Source: Eledone cirrhosa
Lineage: Eukaryota
Assembly: GCA_964016885.1 (NCBI GenBank)
Contig: OZ024746.1
Span: forward strand, 72,726,001-72,790,000
Reading direction: 5' to 3'
DNA: 64,000 bases
In this document: in pieces, positions 62,587 to 64,000 of the stretch
Position numbering within the stretch: the first letter of the stretch is position 1
Layout: every line of letters begins with the position of its first letter
Program-made: the position numbers and the translations under genes
Notes under the pieces: model-generated
Databases searched by the model: none
What the model was told of the DNA's origin: nothing
What the model saw: only the letters and a program-made list of their open reading frames with translations

Positions 62587-64000
62587 AACTGTAGAACAAG
62601 TGATGTGCTCGAATGTGAAAGTAAAGTTTTAGATGGACGATTTGTTGTACATACAAATTTTTGTTGGTGAATAATCGATTGCAAAACTAGTTTTATTGGA
62701 TGTTGTTTTTTTTCTGAAGATAGACTACCGTCTTCGCAGTTAATAAAGTTTTCACGGAACATGCTAACTCTGTAATCTATGATGCTGTCTACTCTATTAT
62801 AAATTATTATCTATTCTATATGCGTGTATGAACATATTTCCTTGCAGCCAATGGAAATGAGCGTATGGAATTGGTGGGCCTCCTTTAGATCGAATTTGCC
62901 CCTCCTGGCTTTAAAAGCTAGTTACGCCACTGACCATAGTAGCTACTCTTTTCACCCCATATCCCTCCCACTAGCTGCTATCCTCACCATCACTACACCC
63001 CACTCCTTCCATGCCGCCCTCCTGTTTTACATTCCTTAACTGCCCCCTCCCACCACAAAAAAAACCCCCAGATATCATAGTATGCTTGCAAAACAAAGGG
63101 TTGGGAGGATCTTCCAGGGGTGTCAAGGACACGACAGCCTCCCTAGTGTTTGGTGATCAACATGATAAAAACACCCAGTAAATGCTGTAAAGTGGTTGGT
63201 GATAGGAAAAGCAGCCAGACATAGAAAGCTTGCCAAACAAAAATCTGGGAGTACTCTTCAGTTATATCAAGGACATAACAACTTCCCTAGTGTCGCTGAT
63301 CTACACTATAAATGCATCCACTACATGCTGTAAAGTGGTTAAAACAACGATCATAATGATGTTGATATATATATATGTATACACACACACATCTACATGT
63401 ATGTAGAAATTCACATAAAAAAATATATGCAAATATATACATACACATAAAAGTATATATACAAACAATGTAAGTAATTATATACATAAAAGTAAAGGCC
63501 CTCTCCAGTCATGACTAACCATAAGTTTGCATCTGGAAAGTTCCTCTCCACAGTGTAAGCCTGGGTAAAGTGTGTTTGTAAAAATCCAGCAATCTCCCAT
63601 GTATACACCTCTATCTTCACATCGTCAATCACGGAAAAATCAAAGGTTGATACAACTTAGCACTAGTGTTGTTGCAGGCAAACCTGAGCAATGTGAAATA
63701 AAGTGCCTTGCTTAAGGACACAATTTGCCACCTACACATCGAACTGAAACCATGACCTTATCATTGTGATCCTAGCACACAAACTACTAGGTCACACACC
63801 TTCACATATAAAATCATGATCATCGTCATTGTTTTACGTCCATTTTTGCACGCTGGCATGGGTTAGACGAGTTGTCCTGTTGTGGGCAATGCTAGGTCAG
63901 GTGACCATGTCTTGCACATACAGAACTGATTTTGGTTTGGTTTCAACAGCTGGGTGTCCTTCCTAACGGCAACCTCATTTACTGGGTGCTTTTTGTCGTG

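Larger units (their letters stand above)
57449..62932 (+). mobile_element. hAT DNA transposon with complete ends, probably inside a RAD1 intron
   Basis: Perfect 15-bp TIR CAGTGGCGTAACTAG / CTAGTTACGCCACTG and perfect 8-bp TSD ACCATAGT (57441-57448, 62933-62940). Confidence 0.97.

Noticed and set aside
62941-64000. Upstream RAD1 exons
   Set aside because: No match to the RAD1 N-terminal sequence found; the region holds SINE/LINE tails and microsatellite.

Overview
AT-rich, microsatellite- and transposon-dense animal genomic DNA. The SINE types, RTE LINEs and (TA)n/(CA)n density suggest an octopus or other coleoid cephalopod (inference). There are two host genes, both on the minus strand. One is an intronless hnRNP A1/A2-type gene (two RRMs plus a Gly-rich tail, 10285-11178). 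The other is the last five coding exons of the 9-1-1 clamp gene RAD1 (57067 down to 42168; earlier exons not found, probably beyond the window). Most of the rest is mobile DNA: many RTE LINEs (several with a PHD-like zinc finger), Tx1 fragments, two tRNA-derived SINE families, a 5.5 kb chimeric hAT transposon with intact TIRs and TSD, a precisely inserted Helitron, piggyBac and pogo MITEs, and a U6 pseudogene. The most striking unexplained signal is a set of about a dozen short non-coding elements in (TA)n tracts that cannot be aligned to one another. Many are fold-back palindromes. Several carry minimal type I hammerhead ribozymes, some in both arms. Most share an RCTC...GAGY tail hairpin. 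One retains a Penelope GIY-YIG remnant. A separate 441-bp retrozyme-like monomer has terminal redundancy. All calls were made by eye, without database searches.
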